In this document: one piece after another, positions 56,801-64,000 of the stretch
Layout: each line of letters opens with the position of its first letter
Numbering within the stretch: position 1 is the stretch's first letter
DNA from: a virus
DNA length: 64,000 bases
Virus record (IMG/VR): IMGVR_UViG_3300030047_000014
Location: 32,001 to 96,000 of that record
Direction: 5' to 3' (one strand)
Notes under the pieces: generated by a model
The model's input: only the letters and a program-made list of their open reading frames with translations
Database searches by the model: none
What the model was told of the DNA's origin: nothing
Made by a program: the position numbers and the translations under genes

Positions 56801-59800
56801 CCTTTTAGTATCATGAGTGTACAATCTGAAGTACCATCAAAAGAGAAAGCTCTTACTACACGTGGATCCCAGATTACAAAACTTGTAACTATGGACTTTA
56901 TGGAAGCAGGTGTTCCACTTGATTTTGATAAAGAAAGTAGTTTCTTAAATAGATATAAGGCTTGGTATAAACTATCTGAAGATCAGAAATTAGCAACTTC
57001 TCCTTTATATAAAGATATAATGAATAATCAGGATCTCCTTGAGTTAATGATGGAGCATGGTTATCAAACTCTTCTTAATAGGTTGGGTATCAAGGAAAGT
57101 AATGGTAAATTTAGTATTGAAGATTTATCCGATGCTGTTTCTACTCTTAGGGAGGAAGTATTAAAAAGAGAAGTAAATGACAACATTAGTGATGCTCTTA
57201 CAGGTTTCTTGGAGGGTCAGTCTATTCTTGAGGCTACTCCTGCGTATCAGCAGATAAGGAATATTCTTTATTCAATTGCTGATAAAGAGATTATATCCCC
57301 TAAAATTAGTGGAGGTATGAAAGTACAAATTCCTTCTACAATGATGGAATCTGTTAGAGCAGAAGAAACTACTATTAATGGTAAGAGAGGATTTACCTCT
57401 GACTTCCTAAACTTCTATAAAGATGAAGATGGAAAGAGAGTATGTGAAATAATGATAGGTAGATGGTTTAAGAGTAGTATGTCTGATGCTGAGTTACTTG
57501 ACTATTTGAATAACTCAGAAGAAGGTAAATCTATTCTATCTGGTTTAGGATTTCGTATTCCTACCCAGAAACAGAACTCAATCGATAATTTTGTTATTAA
57601 ACAATTCCTTCCTAAAGAGTTTGGTGATTCTGTTGTTATACCTGCAGCACTTGTACAGAAAGCAGGATCTGACTTTGACATTGATAAATTATCAGTCTAC
57701 TTAAAAAACATCTTCAAAGATGTCAATGGAGACATTAGATTAGTTTCATACAAAGGATCTGAGAAAGCTACTAAGGATTATTATAGTGAAGTATTCTCGG
57801 ATAAAATTGAGAAACAAATAGAAAACCTTGAGAAACAGGATGATAAGAATGACATGATAATGGATGTCATGAGTAAGCTAGAAACTCTTCCAGATATCAC
57901 TATATCTTCAGCTAAAGCTGTATTGGGTAAAGAGGAATATCATTTCTATGCTAATAACTTAGATCTACTTTATGATATACTTGAAAGAGCTGATGAACAG
58001 GAGATTTCTGGTACTGAGTATATTCAGGGCAGATTAAATGAGTCTGGTGAGAAGAAAGCAGAATTATTTACAAAACTATTACTTGAGGATTTAAGAAAAG
58101 GGTACATAGATAGGATGTATAAAAAATCCTTAGAGAATGCTTATATTCAATCCTCTCAGAATCTCGTATCTCATAAGCTTAATTTTGACAAGCTTATTAA
58201 ACCTAACTCTGCAGACCAAATGAAGAAATTATCAGCAGAGATTGCAAAGAAGACTCTAGGTTCTACTTTTGATTATAATGATGTAGGTAATATGCTAGAT
58301 AGGGGATTTATGTCCAGACTTAGACATGCTTTTGTATCTGGTAAGTATGCTATTGGTATAGCCGCTGTAAATCAGACTAATCATTCCCTGAATCAAAGAC
58401 AACCTATCTACATTGATAAAAATAGATTCAATAAGCTTAGTGAGGAAGATAAGTACTGGTTAGTAGATGGTGAAGTAAGATTTGATAAATTTAATAGAAT
58501 TGAAGTTAATGGTAAGATAGTACCTACATTATCTATGATTAAGAATGTAGATGGTCAGTATATATCTGATATCATCTCTCAGTTTATTGATGGATATGTG
58601 GATATTGCTAAAGGTCCTTGGATTATGGAATTAGGAGCTACACCTAATGTTGCTTCAACCTTTATGTTCCTGGCTAAATTAGGAGTTCCTATTGATACTG
58701 TATCTTATTTTATGAATCAACCTATTATTCGTGATTATCTATCTAAGATTAGTAATGCAGGGTACTCATGGTTATTCATTGATAATTTCGTTGAGGAGTT
58801 AAAACAAGATGCTAAATGGTCTGTTGATGATCGTAAGGAAGCTGATTTAGAAACAGTTGGATTTAAAGGGATGGGTTTAAATCAAATTCCTAGTAAATCT
58901 ACATTAAAAAATAATATTGGGAAAGAGGATTTTAATGCACAGGAGAGATTAGAACAACGCTTTATTCTTCAGGAATTTCTAAAGTATGCTAAGATGGCTG
59001 AGCATATGTTCTTGGTTACACAGGGATCTAATTTTGATACTGCTAACTTCAACGATCCATATCTTGTATTTAAGAAATTTAAACAGTTAGAGAAGGCTCA
59101 GAATACAATCATTAGTGATGTGAATACTCTTTTGAATAACTCTTTCGTAGGACAGCTTAGTGAGACTATTAAGAAAACAAGAAATGCTTTGGCTACTATT
59201 CTTAAATCAGATCAGGATAATGTTAGAAGAGTTATTCAGAAAGTATTGGAGCCTTATGTCAATATGAACAATAATGACTTTGTTAAACTTGCTCAGAAGG
59301 CTGTTAATGATTTATTTGACTGGGCTGTTCAAACAGGAGATGAGAAGTTAAATGCTGATATTCGTAATGTATTGATTACTAATGGTGGTGTGGGTGCAGA
59401 AGTTATGGAGTTTGTAAATAGTATTAAAGTTAATTCTTCTCATCCTCTGCATGATAATCATGTCATTAATATTATACAGGCAATACCATCACCAAGGGCA
59501 GAACAAGGAGGAGTTAATAATCTGAAAGTAAAAGGTACAGACAATAAGGTTTATGACCAGAATAATATTATATATGGGTTTAGAGAGATAAGAGAGTATT
59601 TAAAAGACAAAAATAGTAAGTTATATGATAGGATTAAATTACTTGCTGTATTACAGAGTGGTTTGTCTAATTCAGCTATTTCCTTTACCTCACTTCTACC
59701 ATATGAAGATTTTGCAGAATTATATAATAAAACTTTGTCTAGTTTAGAGAAACTTCCTAATTTAGAGGAGTTTTTCAAGCTTGGTGTGTTTGAGAGAAAT

Positions 59801-60556
59801 AATTGGAATAATGATGATATAATCCCATATACTAAAGCCAGAATAATTAAAACAGCAAGTAGATCCTATTATAATCCTGCGATGGAATTTCTGGATAAAA
59901 ATGTAAAAGAAGCTGTAAGGAATAAAAAAATTCCTCCAGTAATGACTTTATCTACTCGTAATAGGGAAGCTAATTCTGATCATATAGTATTTACATGGGA
60001 GAAACAAGAAGACTTACTAACTGAAGCTGAAAAGTCAGAAGCTAATAAGAATAGAACTTCTTTCTATAAAGCTGTACAACAGAAGAAATTAAATATGAGG
60101 AAGATAGGAGATTACTCTTTTATACAGAAGGGCTTATTCAAGAAAATATATGATAACTTTGGAACTGCTCTTCAGACTACAGATAAAAAAGGTACTCCTT
60201 ATTTTGTATACAAGGCTATTAATGCCTGGGGAGATAGTTATAGAGCTAATGAATTCTATACAACTGATCATCATTCTGTAATTGAGAATGGTTTTATTAA
60301 GGTGGAAGATGTTGATAATAATAGGATTATAGATTTATTTAATAAAGAAGAAAAAACAACTGCAGTATCTTCTTTAAAAAGAAATGAGTTATTAGAAGAT
60401 TATTCTCAGAAAACAGGAGAGATTCTTGGAGTAGTACCTATAAAAACTCTTAAAGATGGTAAAACATATACGTTTGCTCAAATAAATAGTAAGATGCTTG
60501 AGGAGATGAAATATACTCCTAATCAAATAGGTGAAATTTTAAAATCAATCTGTTAA
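47870..60556 (+). CDS. Virion RNA polymerase polyprotein (two-barrel RNAP with zincin-like domain)
   Basis: TDGAG (~56311), GFRIPTQKQNS (~57550), catalytic GSDFDIDK (DFDID at 57671-57685); HEVFH (53588-53602) ...EKLAEEF zincin; N-terminal hydrophobic and coiled-coil region. Confidence 0.92.
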   Translation: MPINDLSPLTENILPTSRPQSVGNSIPNPYMEGSGNGDSGSKRPDYLPPLASGKDEMPITATSGQLHDARKFSVFDPTKTENEFAYGQGFVSKMVSGVGKGLLLTGTTFLQTTAGLINGLYQWNKTGKASSFYDNPLNKWVDDVNAEAENRLPNLYTNIEKDANWYSPKYLLTGNFLWDGIVKNLGFSAGAALSGMAFAGALRALPLTSKLFSIGKGAEALAATEEGVSASTAAGNAAETYGKIKEQSDKFLGSFKLLNPGGRALIAGLSTSGEASFESYQNLNQFRNDEIKKYQDTHDGEKPTGEDLKKINDNAEHVGNVSYLSNVALLSVTNYIQFPKILGSSYKAEKGMINSLTKETGDIIGTEGKYLVKPAGNKILSTLNKIRPYTFSTSEGFEEGAQYVIQEGTQNYYDKKYNNTPTDFLTSLLEGVKKTVGTNEGMKNILIGGLSGSIMMGRGRFRENSEKDRNTQEAVTAFNKTKFSDFTQETLDAVNRGTTLQEEREAALKSGDILNSKDKEADYIINYLTPRIKYGRFDLIKSDISDYKQLASTDEGFAQLQSEGKALTTDTKEAYIQRLSALEATAENVKSLYQSLNLRYGAQIDEKGKPIYSPAVMDKMVYAASKVADYDKRIPELTNTLIQSNIDVNAVVKDVLLGKSDSFNEAMDSISKMDILDEEKTSLSEALEDISELSLRRNKFLKEYTEIKNNPKKYQEQKAEDIQPPVGEENRIIAIKTKTGDKELTIGKEYFIGKGFDYDKDGLETPVTISKLTILSENEDGTIKVKGNNGKVMDISKDQLLDYKVTPAEQLKANKTANYFFNHRNELFEINLGKKYGGKKTGRIEFKEGKLFIVYKGVNGKLIHKEINNSFFVPQKEYNEPRIRITGKIETAEQKVAREEFTSAKELEAQKQTASQNRDTRIEILTQLFDDISTKQEDTNKLLTQKKSELTNIKEELSKLEENILNTQNDVDKRFKKVTFRATTRKALATASRLSRMQDQLEKEIKDLETQREELDIDLSYISDMAQNIDELPTDSKEFLNELKSHKALLEDMLLNTEIQIEETNNIISKVKAALDSAMDFLSDVIGKFQQKFPKVPLALGSEWIEFLKNNPNFLKRKPNYKEELQQLDDLVAQVEDMDIIPGERTIKELNEKLAELQEALSPLERELKASNVILDRFREIAKKSREVKAEEKAMSVKDEFLKKALGTDKSGIQNREFDKDYEPEAKKPTEFIWRSTITTGDKPHAIRSNKFGANLNSFPNRDKIRGVYITFKNEDQILPGLIDHLRTDENGNVDNSINREDVIVLVMTDEDGNLIDENGKLVQNNADKLNTAIYQVFPEAKLAWSEKYGNASMFRKDTPQDVVDSVKKQYADWRKDILENTTDLSNSHTIDASFGFPEYETELDENQVPQRIYSTKTSVQEAGLVTEDELEASPVITIPTTNSIVGKGTVSFTNAIGKVFLELKNGLIPLQNRKHTSEEAELIYQSIYHLAKNMLKGELKSDASENLFNYLRSVVYWGIPTDQQGNRKETKGYNSIFWEKDPVSGKFMLSMSGKGMNFVFTPSALEQYKADIIAMLEGMYNNINSSMIKGNNAINEKYHEPLSINADGTFNTREWNNYQTYLLSSTTPDGKPRKNIPLTTLMKPLANKEDVNRKGIYFYTTDTADDIVLPTKKPLAASKMLPGKLQEALQKTQKFVLGRNNLNIFTTDAGKQLKFIVSEKVNANNFMQEISILQGGDLVELMDIIKKAGLDPAKVLKRRIFKALEPQLNDTNTEEKEDIFRVPDDEDDTKIPTQKDNRKTSNEDDEEMEVFHVPDDIDEDIKKALNRVSNDSDLAATRLVLKQMLDDYKEEDWTKIEQWLRNNFPNFPFYRVKNVIQVTNGRQAWGMFKQAALYVYQHAESGTSYHEVFHAVWRMFVGPDEQSAIEDEFTSRKGSFIDRATQKTIKYSDANAKEIDEKLAEEFRNYIQEGKIPGKPEKGRPFILKMFIDLVKFIKTFFVGNEGISNTENLFKHINEGYYKKVIPYTASLSLANKGIININNAIATTEDNLSVVSITDKQRSDIIQEMTYQTLKELIESDKSLFTVPNLKKSELYSRLKSKLLDTLSRDIKNSKKLIAKGEFTENQLAPLMYERLSLMQNVATQWDAIVAKHQEYLRGYSIEFDDNDSLQINDEDKIKNSDFVDATKIDSFKKANSAIKLLLATLPKVDGNNRLIPSSIGGAQLLPISQTYISLMNRLYNSKSIEDMMSRLKDMATNDVNYRTLYKRLTKSDWKTKGIDISKINTTYGAQLLGSFWKTFKKQNPDVKNVFIFENGEIVIGDSNLSSVASQLRNEYINDIILTAKKDNSYFKYDEKEKVFRGDAVAIKNVKLDTLTSYSEFLNKLGIVFTVPQIQKLGSHLKDFKETVSGIRASIAANEKIATFSGKVLNINGRLLELGIAKAVIDNPEFDSTFFNVTGERTQSFIGVNPADALYNFLSSIEKFDDANVLDSEYRYLKTDAFAKGSNILQRMFTSEGTRKHGSEDLMKVGYVSGTIDEKKGKQKASARLNYKERLIQEINLNLKGWYLNLVPADATMEWMLNTGNAISVASISKGLSDVNAIFKNYFISEMDLVKDNRKINSHRDAKEAKEMRFFKSILGEELHNKIVKDKRDSEEIYADYESKINSALEKYINNETSKFQKNLTTWGVLTEDDLGHTLENINLPENMSMEELVRQLKALTINFMISNIEMHKLLYADPYQYYQELKRIKNFNSPRQTLINNSPQMNAVFNSVWNENYKKGDIGYTNFRQDYFRSATHKDTFGVIDLLGYTDFEETDGAGIIGMRAYRQFRIRSGDWNDNEESQYRYDIAWEKRDKDFSLSASEVALLEKGNPAIQSAYVNIKPIVAGNRLNSKGNANDINDVLLDKFALYPLSYRIMKEINPNANAIKLYDKMQKEDIDYMVFEKSRVVGARDPHDTYNADGSFNTKPYSGENVINVPFSIMSVQSEVPSKEKALTTRGSQITKLVTMDFMEAGVPLDFDKESSFLNRYKAWYKLSEDQKLATSPLYKDIMNNQDLLELMMEHGYQTLLNRLGIKESNGKFSIEDLSDAVSTLREEVLKREVNDNISDALTGFLEGQSILEATPAYQQIRNILYSIADKEIISPKISGGMKVQIPSTMMESVRAEETTINGKRGFTSDFLNFYKDEDGKRVCEIMIGRWFKSSMSDAELLDYLNNSEEGKSILSGLGFRIPTQKQNSIDNFVIKQFLPKEFGDSVVIPAALVQKAGSDFDIDKLSVYLKNIFKDVNGDIRLVSYKGSEKATKDYYSEVFSDKIEKQIENLEKQDDKNDMIMDVMSKLETLPDITISSAKAVLGKEEYHFYANNLDLLYDILERADEQEISGTEYIQGRLNESGEKKAELFTKLLLEDLRKGYIDRMYKKSLENAYIQSSQNLVSHKLNFDKLIKPNSADQMKKLSAEIAKKTLGSTFDYNDVGNMLDRGFMSRLRHAFVSGKYAIGIAAVNQTNHSLNQRQPIYIDKNRFNKLSEEDKYWLVDGEVRFDKFNRIEVNGKIVPTLSMIKNVDGQYISDIISQFIDGYVDIAKGPWIMELGATPNVASTFMFLAKLGVPIDTVSYFMNQPIIRDYLSKISNAGYSWLFIDNFVEELKQDAKWSVDDRKEADLETVGFKGMGLNQIPSKSTLKNNIGKEDFNAQERLEQRFILQEFLKYAKMAEHMFLVTQGSNFDTANFNDPYLVFKKFKQLEKAQNTIISDVNTLLNNSFVGQLSETIKKTRNALATILKSDQDNVRRVIQKVLEPYVNMNNNDFVKLAQKAVNDLFDWAVQTGDEKLNADIRNVLITNGGVGAEVMEFVNSIKVNSSHPLHDNHVINIIQAIPSPRAEQGGVNNLKVKGTDNKVYDQNNIIYGFREIREYLKDKNSKLYDRIKLLAVLQSGLSNSAISFTSLLPYEDFAELYNKTLSSLEKLPNLEEFFKLGVFERNNWNNDDIIPYTKARIIKTASRSYYNPAMEFLDKNVKEAVRNKKIPPVMTLSTRNREANSDHIVFTWEKQEDLLTEAEKSEANKNRTSFYKAVQQKKLNMRKIGDYSFIQKGLFKKIYDNFGTALQTTDKKGTPYFVYKAINAWGDSYRANEFYTTDHHSVIENGFIKVEDVDNNRIIDLFNKEEKTTAVSSLKRNELLEDYSQKTGEILGVVPIKTLKDGKTYTFAQINSKMLEEMKYTPNQIGEILKSIC

Positions 60557-60558
60557 TC

Positions 60559-61278
60559 ATGGAAATCTGTAGAGAAATAAAGATTTATTCCTTATCTGAT
60601 CCAGATACTAAAAAAATTAGATATGTTGGAAAGACTATTAGAAGTCTAGGAGTTAGATATTCTCAACATTTAAGTCAAGCTAAATACACTATTAAAAAGG
60701 ATTATGCACATTGTTGGATAAAATCTTTATTAAATAAAAATAAAAAACCTATTATAAATCTAATAGAGCTTTGTAAAGATATAAATAGAGAAGAATATTG
60801 GATAAACTACTATAGAAAACAAGATAAGATTTTAACTAACATTAATAGGGGAGGAGAACAAGATGGATCAGGAACAACAAGAACTGAAGAACAAAGAAGA
60901 AATATATCTGATGGAAAATTATCCTCTAGAAAATTTGAGATTTATGAACTAGATGATCAAAAAAATATTATCAGGACTTGGTATAATTATCAACCTCTTA
61001 GTAAATATTTAGATTGCTCTTTAGCTCAAGTACACACTGCAATAAAAAGAAAAGTTAAAATATATAATAAATTTTTTCTTTTGAAAACAGATTATGAAAA
61101 GATTATTCCATTATTTATAGTACAAGATGTTTTAGAAAATCAAGTACTTAAATTTTATAATTGGAAAGATATAATGAATTTTTTTAATCTAAATAGTCCT
61201 GGTACTATTGGAAAGAATTCAAATAAGAATAAAATATATAGAGACAGATATATAATTACTCATAATAAAAAAATATAA
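60559..61278 (+). CDS. GIY-YIG homing endonuclease
   Basis: KIYSLSDP...IRYVGKT...RYSQH...REEYWI...LTNINRGG, NUMOD3-like RRNIS, C-terminal DNA-binding repeats. Confidence 0.85.
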   Translation: MEICREIKIYSLSDPDTKKIRYVGKTIRSLGVRYSQHLSQAKYTIKKDYAHCWIKSLLNKNKKPIINLIELCKDINREEYWINYYRKQDKILTNINRGGEQDGSGTTRTEEQRRNISDGKLSSRKFEIYELDDQKNIIRTWYNYQPLSKYLDCSLAQVHTAIKRKVKIYNKFFLLKTDYEKIIPLFIVQDVLENQVLKFYNWKDIMNFFNLNSPGTIGKNSNKNKIYRDRYIITHNKKI

Positions 61279-61279
61279 A

Positions 61280-64000
61280 ATGGCTACTTGTCCTAACATC
61301 AATCATCCTGACTGGCAGAAACTTGTAGATATACATGGGACTAATCTTTCTTATTATCTTTGGGATAAACATGAAGGAGAAGTTCCAGAACAGGAATTCA
61401 GACCTTCTAAGTCTTCTCCAGAAACTCTTAACAAAGTAAAAGAAGTTGCTAAGAAAATGGGTGTGGATATTCAGAAGTTAACTGATTATGCTAAAAAAAC
61501 AGGAGTGAGTCTTACATCTAATGATGTAAATGGTGTAGCTAATCTTGCTCTTGGAGTAATTGCTATTGCTGAGGGTAGAGAAGATATTGCTCTTACAGAG
61601 GAGGTTGTTCATATTGCTACTGCAATACTAGAACAAACCAATCCTACTATGGTAACAGAAATGATATCCAAGATAGATAGGTTTGCTATATATAAACAAA
61701 CTCTAAATGCTTATAAGGATGATAAAGACTATCAATTAGAAAATGGTAAGCCTAATATTCGACTTATAAAAAAAGAAGCTGTTGATAAACTTATTGCTGA
61801 ACTTATTGTGAATCAATCAGAAGGATCAACTGAGTTTCCTGAGTTAATGCAGGAGGTTAACAGATCTGTTATTAGAACATGGTGGAATGCTATCTTAGAT
61901 ACTATACGTGGTATTTATAAAAAAGCTAACATAGATATATTTGGACAAGTTGCTAATAAAATTCTATCTAATAATGTAGAAGGTAATATAGAAGATCTAA
62001 ATTCTGATAATGTATTATATCAATTATCTAAACCTCAATTAGATATACAAGCAAAACTTCAAAATACTAAGAATACTATAAGAAAAGTAGAATCTACTGA
62101 ATCTGTAGATCCTATGTTCATGGATACAGAGGAAGCTAATAACTGGTATGAAATACAGCAACCAGATGGAACATGGGAAAGAATTAAGAAACGTGTAACA
62201 GATAGAGTTAAGGCTTGGTATAAACAAAGATTTCCTGGGAAGACATTTACTCCTGAAGAAAAAGCATTTAATGAGTTTAAAAGACAATTAGGTGTACAAG
62301 GTCATGCTTACTTTGAAGAGATACATAGTAGATACTTTAATGATGATGGTACTAGAAAAGTTACTATACAACCACGCTCTGTAAAGTTATCTCCTTCTGA
62401 TGAAGACATCTATGATAAATTGGAAGCCTATTACTCAGATTTAATTAATAAGTATTCTAAAGATGGTAAGACTCCTTTAGTATTCTCTGAAGTAAAGGTA
62501 TATGATCCTAAGGAAAAGGAAGCAGGAACCATAGATTTACTTATTATAGAGGAATCAGGTAAAGCTCATATTATAGACTGGAAATTTATGAGTATTGGTA
62601 ATGATGCTAAAGATATTGCCTGGTACAAACAGGGTGCTTATAATATTCAGTTAGGAAGATACAAGGATATTCTTATACAACGTTATGGTATAAAGGAGAT
62701 TGGTATGAATAGAGCTATTCCTATCCTTATGGATTTGAAGAAGGAAAATCCTAAAGACTTGAAATCTCATAAAATGGTATTGAAAGGAATAGCTATTGGT
62801 ACTGTTGATACATCTAAGATTGAGGATATAAGATTGATGCCAGTATCAGAGCAAATAGAAACTACAGGTGAAAAAGCTCTTGATAAGCTTCTTGTAAAAC
62901 TTAATTCTGTTTACAAACAGATTAATAAGAAGACAGCCACTAGTGATGAGGAAAGAGAATTTAAATCTGAACGTCTGAATATAATTAAGAGAACCATTCG
63001 TTTAGCTCAAGGTAGTCAGAATATTGCTCCCTTGGTAGAAGTTATTCATAGTATGAGACAAGAAGGTCAAATGATTATGGATGATTATAACACTATATAT
63101 AAGAATGCATCTGATATTGGTTCTTTCTCTGAAAGACAATTATCAGATTTTGCTGAAGAGATTAGGGAGTATCTTGCAGTAGCAGAGGTATTTGGAGAAG
63201 TTCCAGATACAATAGGGAAGTTAGTTTATGATCCTAAGATGGAGAATGATGCTACTACTGAAGAAGAAGTAGAAGAGCTTGCAGGGCGTAAGTTGGTTCT
63301 TAATAATATTAAGGATGAAGCAGAAATGATCAGAGCTTCCAGAAGAGAATTAGATGAAGCTTCAAAGGAATTTGCTGATAAGTTTATAGGAGAACGTAAT
63401 TTAGTGACAGGTCTTCTTAATTCAGAAGCTGTTATAAAAGGGCTTGCTGCTACATTCAGAGGTATATCAGAATTACCTTCTGCTTCTTTGAAAGTACTAT
63501 TTAAGATAGTAGAAAATGCAAAATCAATTGCTTCACAAACTGCTCTAAAAGAAGTTGATGAACTTCTTGAGATAAGAAAAAGATTATCAGATAGAGGAGG
63601 AGATTTAAGAAAGATAGTCCAACAGATCTATCAAAAAGATGATAAAGATAAGATAACCAATAAGTTAATCTATAAATATAGCAAGGATTTCTTTACTACT
63701 ATTGATGAGAATGCTAAATCAGATACTCCTAGTATGCAGATATTAAGGGATAGCATTGATGTTGAGGCTTATAAAGCAGAAGCTATTAAGCATATGGAGG
63801 AGAGAATTGCTTACGTAGAGAAAAAACATAGCGAAGATGATGAAACCTTAGATAGACTTATTGCTGAGGAAAGACATAAATGGGATATAGATAATAAGGC
63901 TTTTAATGGTTGGAATAACTATATTCTTAAAAGACACCCAAAAGAAGCATGGTTATCTAAAGAGTACAAAGAATTATCAAAAGATAAGGATCTTCTAGAG
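61280..64000 (+). CDS. Giant virion cargo protein (partial) with degenerate zincin and PD-(D/E)xK nuclease domain
   Basis: Manual translation MATCPNINHPDW...; EEVVH (61598-61612); GVQGH (62291), SE, AGTIDLL, IIDWK, QLGRY (~62490-62660); appears open to the window edge. Confidence 0.85.
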   Translation, partial: MATCPNINHPDWQKLVDIHGTNLSYYLWDKHEGEVPEQEFRPSKSSPETLNKVKEVAKKMGVDIQKLTDYAKKTGVSLTSNDVNGVANLALGVIAIAEGREDIALTEEVVHIATAILEQTNPTMVTEMISKIDRFAIYKQTLNAYKDDKDYQLENGKPNIRLIKKEAVDKLIAELIVNQSEGSTEFPELMQEVNRSVIRTWWNAILDTIRGIYKKANIDIFGQVANKILSNNVEGNIEDLNSDNVLYQLSKPQLDIQAKLQNTKNTIRKVESTESVDPMFMDTEEANNWYEIQQPDGTWERIKKRVTDRVKAWYKQRFPGKTFTPEEKAFNEFKRQLGVQGHAYFEEIHSRYFNDDGTRKVTIQPRSVKLSPSDEDIYDKLEAYYSDLINKYSKDGKTPLVFSEVKVYDPKEKEAGTIDLLIIEESGKAHIIDWKFMSIGNDAKDIAWYKQGAYNIQLGRYKDILIQRYGIKEIGMNRAIPILMDLKKENPKDLKSHKMVLKGIAIGTVDTSKIEDIRLMPVSEQIETTGEKALDKLLVKLNSVYKQINKKTATSDEEREFKSERLNIIKRTIRLAQGSQNIAPLVEVIHSMRQEGQMIMDDYNTIYKNASDIGSFSERQLSDFAEEIREYLAVAEVFGEVPDTIGKLVYDPKMENDATTEEEVEELAGRKLVLNNIKDEAEMIRASRRELDEASKEFADKFIGERNLVTGLLNSEAVIKGLAATFRGISELPSASLKVLFKIVENAKSIASQTALKEVDELLEIRKRLSDRGGDLRKIVQQIYQKDDKDKITNKLIYKYSKDFFTTIDENAKSDTPSMQILRDSIDVEAYKAEAIKHMEERIAYVEKKHSEDDETLDRLIAEERHKWDIDNKAFNGWNNYILKRHPKEAWLSKEYKELSKDKDLLE

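Noticed and set aside
14030-62287. Numerous short ORFs inside large right-arm genes (antisense or alternate frame)
   Set aside because: They are fully nested in long genes, mostly have non-ATG starts and show shadow-like composition.
1-64000. Stop-codon reassignment (TAG or TGA) as in some crAss-like phages
   Set aside because: Very long genes are open in the standard code, and TAA, TAG and TGA all end genes at sensible junctions; no suppressor tRNA seen.

Overview
AT-rich window of a Crassvirales-like (crAss-like) Bacteroidota phage genome in the standard genetic code. The left arm (1-12.9 kb, minus strand) holds small early/middle genes: the N-terminus of a family-A DNA polymerase, a DnaA-domain-IV-like protein, an NDT-like protein, a stand-alone TRAM-like protein, an HNH homing endonuclease and a PvcA/DIT1-like isonitrile synthase homolog. 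The right arm (13-64 kb, plus strand) holds GNAT, wHTH and IHF-like genes, TerL, portal, scaffold-like, MCP, auxiliary capsid, ring, muzzle and fibre genes, cargo proteins, a 4228-aa virion RNA polymerase polyprotein (DFDID motif) and a truncated giant protein with a PD-(D/E)xK nuclease. Bacteroidota-type promoters (TTTG-N19/20-TAnnTTTG) point to the host phylum. The main find is a circularly permuted, two-piece tmRNA gene at about 9.0-9.5 kb. Its T-arm/acceptor piece lies upstream of the GGGGCTG coding piece, it keeps the G3.U70 Ala identity pair, and it encodes the tag (A)GENSEMKMAA*. It sits in a ~750-nt cluster of other structured, apparently non-coding RNA elements, including a 265-nt structured spacer. 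All protein family calls come from motif recognition by eye; no database search was run.
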